DNA from: Chloroflexota bacterium
Lineage (GTDB): Bacteria > Chloroflexota > Anaerolineae > J102
Length of the DNA: 55,900 bases
Direction: 5' to 3'
Assembly: GCA_013152585.1 (NCBI GenBank)
Contig: JAADGC010000177.1
Span: 1 to 55,900 of the forward strand
Below are positions 52,010 through 55,900 of this stretch, piece by piece. The translations under genes were made by a program, and so were the position numbers. A model generated the notes under the pieces. That model worked only from the letters and a program-made list of their open reading frames with translations, was not told the origin of the DNA and did no database searches. Position 1 is the first letter of the stretch. Every line of letters starts with the position of its first letter.

Positions 52010-54019
52010 TCAGGCGTTTGATTGTGCTCTGGCCTGTACTACTTCTTGCCACGCGCGCAGGACCTCGGCTACACTCCAGGCCTGGGCAATGCAGCCGCGG
52101 GGGCTGTAGGGGGCATCGCCGTCGAAGATCTCGCTGACGCTGCCCATACCGTGATCTGCCAGATGCTGGAAAAGCGGCTGCAGGAAGGTGGCGGCTTGTT
52201 CGGGGTCCTGGTACACCCGCAGGTGGGCGCTGACAAATGGCCCTATCAACCACGCCCACACCGTGCCCTGATGATAAGCGGCGTCGCGCAGGCGCTGGTC
52301 GCCACCGTAGTGCCCCTGATACTGGGGGTGGTTCGGCGCCAGGCTGCGCAGGCCGTGCGCTGTCAATAACTCGCGGGCACACACATCTACCACGGCCCTC
52401 TGCTGCCGGGAAGTGAGCGGGCTGTGGGGCAAAGAGACGGCCAGTAATTGGTTGGGGCGCAGGCTGGCGTCGGGGCCGCCGGCACCATCGATCACATCGT
52501 AGCAATAACCGCCTTCCTCGTACCAAAAGCGCTGGAATTGCTGCTGCACCTGCATGGCAGCGGTGAGAAAATCCTGTTGCTGCCGCGCATAACCCAGGCG
52601 TTCGGCAAATTCGGCCATGATGTGCAGGGCTTGATACCACAGGGCGTTGATTTCCACGGGCTTGCCCACGCGCGGGGTCACCACCCAGTCGCCGACCTTG
52701 GCGTCCATCCAGGTCAGTTGCACGCCCGGTTCGCCCGCATACAGTAGCCCATCGGCCGCGTCCACATGGATGAGATGTCGCGTGCCACGGCGGTGCCAGG
52801 AGATGATGTCGTTGAGCACGGGGTAGAGATCGGAGATGAGGGCGAGGTCGTCGGTGGCGTGCAGGTAGGCACGCAGAGCCACGAAATACCACAAGGTGGC
52901 GTCCGCAGTGTTGTACTCGGGGGCTTCGCCGGCATCGGGAAAGCGATTCGGCAACATGCCATGATCTACGTAGCGGGCGTAGGTGCGTAAAATGCTGGCA
53001 GCCACCTGGGGCCGGCCGGTGGCCAGGGTCAGCCCGGGAAGGCTGATCATGGTATCGCGGCCCCAATCGCCAAACCAGGGATAGCCGGCAATGAGCGAAT
53101 GGCCTTGTTCGCGGCCCGACCGTGAGCGGCAGACGACGAATTGATCCGCCGCCAACAGCAGTTGCCGGATCGCTGCCGGTGCCGACGCCAATTCGGGCGG
53201 AGCCTGCGCCAACAACTGCCGGTCCGCGGCCTGCCGCCTTCTTAGCGCTTCGTTGCCGTCCAGGATGGGAGCTGCCTCGGTGCTGGCCACCAGGGTCAGG
53301 GTCTGGCCCGGCTGCAAGACGTGCTCGACCGTGGCCGTGTGCAGATACGATTCGTACGCCGGCAGGCCGCGGTAGGCCTCCATCTGTAGATAATAATCGT
53401 AGTACCATTCGTGGGCTGCGGTTATAGCCGCATCGGCGCTGAGCAGATAGAAGGGAGTTGCCTGTTCGTACGCCTGCACGCTCAGGCCATGCGCCACCGC
53501 CTGCGTGTGCATGAGCAAATCGGGGGAGGTGCTGCCATGGTGGTCGCGATAGGTGGTCAGTAATTTCAGCGCCAGATGCACGGGCCCGGAGGCGCGCAGG
53601 AGGCGATATTGGATGGTGGTGGTATTGGCATCGGGCTGCATCCAGATGCGTTTTTCCAACAGAGCATCGGCACAGCCATAACGCCACACGGGTACCGAGC
53701 CTTCGAGACCAAAATACTGGATGTAGTGATAGCCCAATGGTTCGATGCGGCCGCTGGCCCAATGGTTGGCGAAAAGGGGATACGAGTGCCCATGCACCGT
53801 GAGCGTTTCGTCGATTTTGGCCAGCATTAGCACGCGTTTGACCGGGGGATCGAGCGCCGCCACCAAATAGCCATGATAACGCCGCGTGGGAATGCCGCAC
53901 AAGGTGCCCATGGCGTAGCCGCCCAGGCCGTTGGTCACCAGCCATTCGTTGCGGCCACCGCTGGAAACATCGGCACCGACGGCACATCCATATGTGATTC
54001 TCTGGTCACTATTTTGCAT
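52010..54019 (-). CDS. Amylo-alpha-1,6-glucosidase-family glycogen debranching enzyme (GDE N- and C-terminal domains)
   Basis: EWLVTNGLGGYAMGT, GYPWFGDWGRDTMISLPGL, WMDAKVGDWVVTPRVGKPVEINALWY, GTVWAWLIGPF. The ATG at 54019 was chosen. Confidence 0.8.
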   Translation of the reverse strand: MQNSDQRITYGCAVGADVSSGGRNEWLVTNGLGGYAMGTLCGIPTRRYHGYLVAALDPPVKRVLMLAKIDETLTVHGHSYPLFANHWASGRIEPLGYHYIQYFGLEGSVPVWRYGCADALLEKRIWMQPDANTTTIQYRLLRASGPVHLALKLLTTYRDHHGSTSPDLLMHTQAVAHGLSVQAYEQATPFYLLSADAAITAAHEWYYDYYLQMEAYRGLPAYESYLHTATVEHVLQPGQTLTLVASTEAAPILDGNEALRRRQAADRQLLAQAPPELASAPAAIRQLLLAADQFVVCRSRSGREQGHSLIAGYPWFGDWGRDTMISLPGLTLATGRPQVAASILRTYARYVDHGMLPNRFPDAGEAPEYNTADATLWYFVALRAYLHATDDLALISDLYPVLNDIISWHRRGTRHLIHVDAADGLLYAGEPGVQLTWMDAKVGDWVVTPRVGKPVEINALWYQALHIMAEFAERLGYARQQQDFLTAAMQVQQQFQRFWYEEGGYCYDVIDGAGGPDASLRPNQLLAVSLPHSPLTSRQQRAVVDVCARELLTAHGLRSLAPNHPQYQGHYGGDQRLRDAAYHQGTVWAWLIGPFVSAHLRVYQDPEQAATFLQPLFQHLADHGMGSVSEIFDGDAPYSPRGCIAQAWSVAEVLRAWQEVVQARAQSNA

Positions 54020-54159
54020 GGGCTTTCTCTCTGACAAAACGTCATGGTATGCTAAGATGGTGTGACGTCCGCCTGGTTTCGGACACAAGGGCGTCATACT
54101 CTTAGACGCCAACCATCCTCCATAGCTTACGTGACTCCGGCGCACTTGACAAGAACACT

Positions 54160-54903
54160 ATGAACAACTCCCTCTCTCCTTCGACACCCACTCTCCCCAT
54201 TCCCGCGCATTGGGCCGCCGAATTGGCCGCCTGCGATCAACGCTGGCAAGGCGGCGATGCCGCGGATGCCGGAGCTATCGACCACACTTTGCAGCAATGG
54301 CGTCAGCGCCTGCAGCGCCCGGCTTATCCCCAGGAAGAGTCCTTCGACATCGTCGATGCCAACGGCTCCCCCCTGGGCCTGGTGGCCCCGCGCTGGTTCT
54401 GTCATCTCACGGGATTGCGGCATCGCGTCATTCACATCTATCTCACCACTCCCCAGCATCTTCTCATCCTGCAAAAGCGCGCCCACACCAAGCCGGAATG
54501 GCCGGGATTGTTCGATACCACCGTGGGCGGCCACATCAAGGCAGGCCAAGACTGGATGAGGGGCTTGCTGTCGGAAATAGAGGAAGAAATCGGCCTGCCC
54601 GCAGCAGGGATCGACGATTGGCTGGGTACAGAACTCAGCCGGGTGGGAGCTCCCTTCCTCCGCTACGATGTAATTGATGCGGCGTTGCCTGTGCGCAACC
54701 GCCAGGTGAATCAGCTTTTTGCCGCGGGCATCAGCCCCTGGGGATTGGCCAGCCTGCGCTTTGCCGATGGCGAGGTGGAGGGTGTGTTTCTGTGCGAACC
54801 GGCCGAGGCCCGGCGCATGGTTGAGGACAATGACCGGATAGCACCCGGTTTGCGTTCGACATTCGCCTATTGGTGGCAATGGCACCAGCGCCAGAACGCC
54901 TGA
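54160..54903 (+). CDS. NUDIX hydrolase
   Basis: Nudix box GGHIKAGQDWMRGLLSEIEEEIGL. The N-terminal about 70 aa are unrecognised. Confidence 0.7.
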   Translation: MNNSLSPSTPTLPIPAHWAAELAACDQRWQGGDAADAGAIDHTLQQWRQRLQRPAYPQEESFDIVDANGSPLGLVAPRWFCHLTGLRHRVIHIYLTTPQHLLILQKRAHTKPEWPGLFDTTVGGHIKAGQDWMRGLLSEIEEEIGLPAAGIDDWLGTELSRVGAPFLRYDVIDAALPVRNRQVNQLFAAGISPWGLASLRFADGEVEGVFLCEPAEARRMVEDNDRIAPGLRSTFAYWWQWHQRQNA

Positions 54904-54937
54904 AACTCACTAACATCCCTTTCTCTCCAGGACTACT

Positions 54938-55759
54938 ATGCAACGACATCGTTTATTCACCATCCTTTCCCTTTTGTGGGGGCTGCTGGCCTTTGGCCTG
55001 CTCCCCGTGCAGGCGCAGGGCTCGCCGGCTCTGCCACCGTCTGGCTCACAGCTTTTCCTGCCCCTGATCGGGCACAAATCCCACACTGACACCACCTGCG
55101 CCCCTATTCCGGGCGCCAGCTTCGAGTCGCTGCCTGTACCCCCGCCCTCCAGCGACCGCCCTGCCGCCCAACATGCCGACCTGAATCTGTCGCTGCGCGG
55201 CTACACGAGCACGGATGCTGCCCGCACGCTGGTGTGGATCGATGGTCCCACCGATGTGATGGCGCCGCAGCTCTTCACCCTGTTTGGCGACCAACGAATG
55301 CCGCAGTTCAATGCAGTCTATCAGGTCTACGATTGGGATTGGGACTGCAACTGCCGCGGCGAGCCGCTGGCATCCCCCCAAGTGACCCTGGCCGCCTTGC
55401 AAACCACGCCCGGCGAAGTGCTGCTCACGCCCGCATCGGGGTATGACCTGGGCCGTGGCTATCAGGCGCTGGTGCTGTATGCCGATCCGCATCAGCTCAC
55501 ACTCAAATACACCCGTGACGATAATGTCGTTCTGGGCTACACCATTCATCTCAGCGGGCTGTGTGTCGATCCGGGGCTGGTGGCCACCTATCGTCAACTC
55601 GATGCTGATGGACGCAATCAGTTGCCGGCTTTGACCGCCAGCCAGGCCGTAGGCAGCGCCAGCAGCGATTCAGTGCTGGTGGCCATTCGAGATTCGGGCC
55701 GTTTTATGGACCCGCGCTCGCAGAAAGATTGGTGGCGCTTCCATCGCTGGCTGTTTTGA
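54938..55759 (+). CDS. Secreted hypothetical protein
   Basis: Signal peptide MQRHRLFTILSLLWGLLAFGLLPVQAQG. No motif I recognise. Coding-like composition. Confidence 0.55.
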   Translation: MQRHRLFTILSLLWGLLAFGLLPVQAQGSPALPPSGSQLFLPLIGHKSHTDTTCAPIPGASFESLPVPPPSSDRPAAQHADLNLSLRGYTSTDAARTLVWIDGPTDVMAPQLFTLFGDQRMPQFNAVYQVYDWDWDCNCRGEPLASPQVTLAALQTTPGEVLLTPASGYDLGRGYQALVLYADPHQLTLKYTRDDNVVLGYTIHLSGLCVDPGLVATYRQLDADGRNQLPALTASQAVGSASSDSVLVAIRDSGRFMDPRSQKDWWRFHRWLF

Positions 55760-55900
55760 GAATGGTCTCGTAGTCGTTAGTCCTTAGTGAGCGTCTAGAA
55801 ATGACCTTCCGTTGTGCTCTCGCTGACTGAAGTCAGGCTCTTCAGGCCTGCGGCCAGGAGTCGGCCTTCGCCGACTCTCCATGGGGTGAAGATCGGACGG

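Noticed and set aside
52002-53987. 661-aa ORF, the second-longest in this region, extremely rich in Arg/Pro/Gly/Ala
   Set aside because: It lies on the same strand as the glycogen-debranching-type gene but in another frame. The other frame has clear family motifs (GYPWFGDWGRDTMISLPGL and others). The composition is typical of out-of-frame reading of high-G+C coding DNA.
55795-55900. Possible C-terminal end of a minus-strand gene entering from the right edge (...GEGRLLAAGLKSLTSVSESTTEGHF-stop), and a GAGTCGGC cttc GCCGACTC hairpin at 55858-55877
   Set aside because: Only about 35 codons are visible, with no motif, and two frames are open. It cannot be supported from this window.

Overview
This is a gene-dense bacterial chromosome segment with high G+C (by eye above 60%), and most genes lie on the minus strand. 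I see no rRNA, CRISPR array, transposase or prophage. The content fits a monoderm-type filamentous lineage such as Chloroflexota: a secretin-less Tad/Flp cluster, dprA-topA-xerC and alaS-ruvX-mltG blocks, a multi-GAF kinase, a PdtaS/PdtaR-type ANTAR pair and apparently leaderless genes. That placement is inference only.

Layout:
- 1-9032: a ten-gene tad/flp pilus cluster.
- 9.2-12.7 kb: O-antigen-ligase/TPR protein plus a GT2 glycosyltransferase.
- 12.7-17.4 kb: GNAT-like gene, SixA, a REC-REC-LuxR regulator and a GAF histidine kinase.
- 17.6-19.3 kb: DUF123 protein and a dGTPase-family hydrolase.
- 19.3-25.3 kb: an unknown membrane protein, then xerC, topA and dprA.
- 26-33 kb: three tRNAs (Val-CAC, Arg-TCG, Pro-GGG), each with a recognisable promoter and terminator, interleaved with yabN/mazG, a solute-binding protein plus glycoside hydrolase, and the ANTAR two-component pair.
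- 33-40 kb: aminotransferase, rel and mutS.
- 40-41 kb: a low-G+C single-gene alpha/beta-hydrolase cassette bracketed by 26-nt direct repeats.
- 41-49 kb: GT4, a LivK-like lipoprotein, mltG, ruvX, an unknown 522-aa protein and alaS.
- 49.7-51.9 kb: an orphan, lower-G+C secreted decahaem c-type cytochrome.
- 52-55.8 kb: a glycogen-debranching-type enzyme, a NUDIX hydrolase and a secreted hypothetical protein.

Best candidates for follow-up:
- The decahaem cytochrome. It is built from two 5-haem modules and sits behind an AT-rich region with a CRP/FNR-like site in class II position.
- The tad cluster, which lacks any TadA/CpaF ATPase gene.
- The repeat-flanked hydrolase cassette.

Many long ORFs in the track are antisense or out-of-frame artefacts of the high G+C and are rejected. 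All domain calls come from motif recognition by eye, with no database search.
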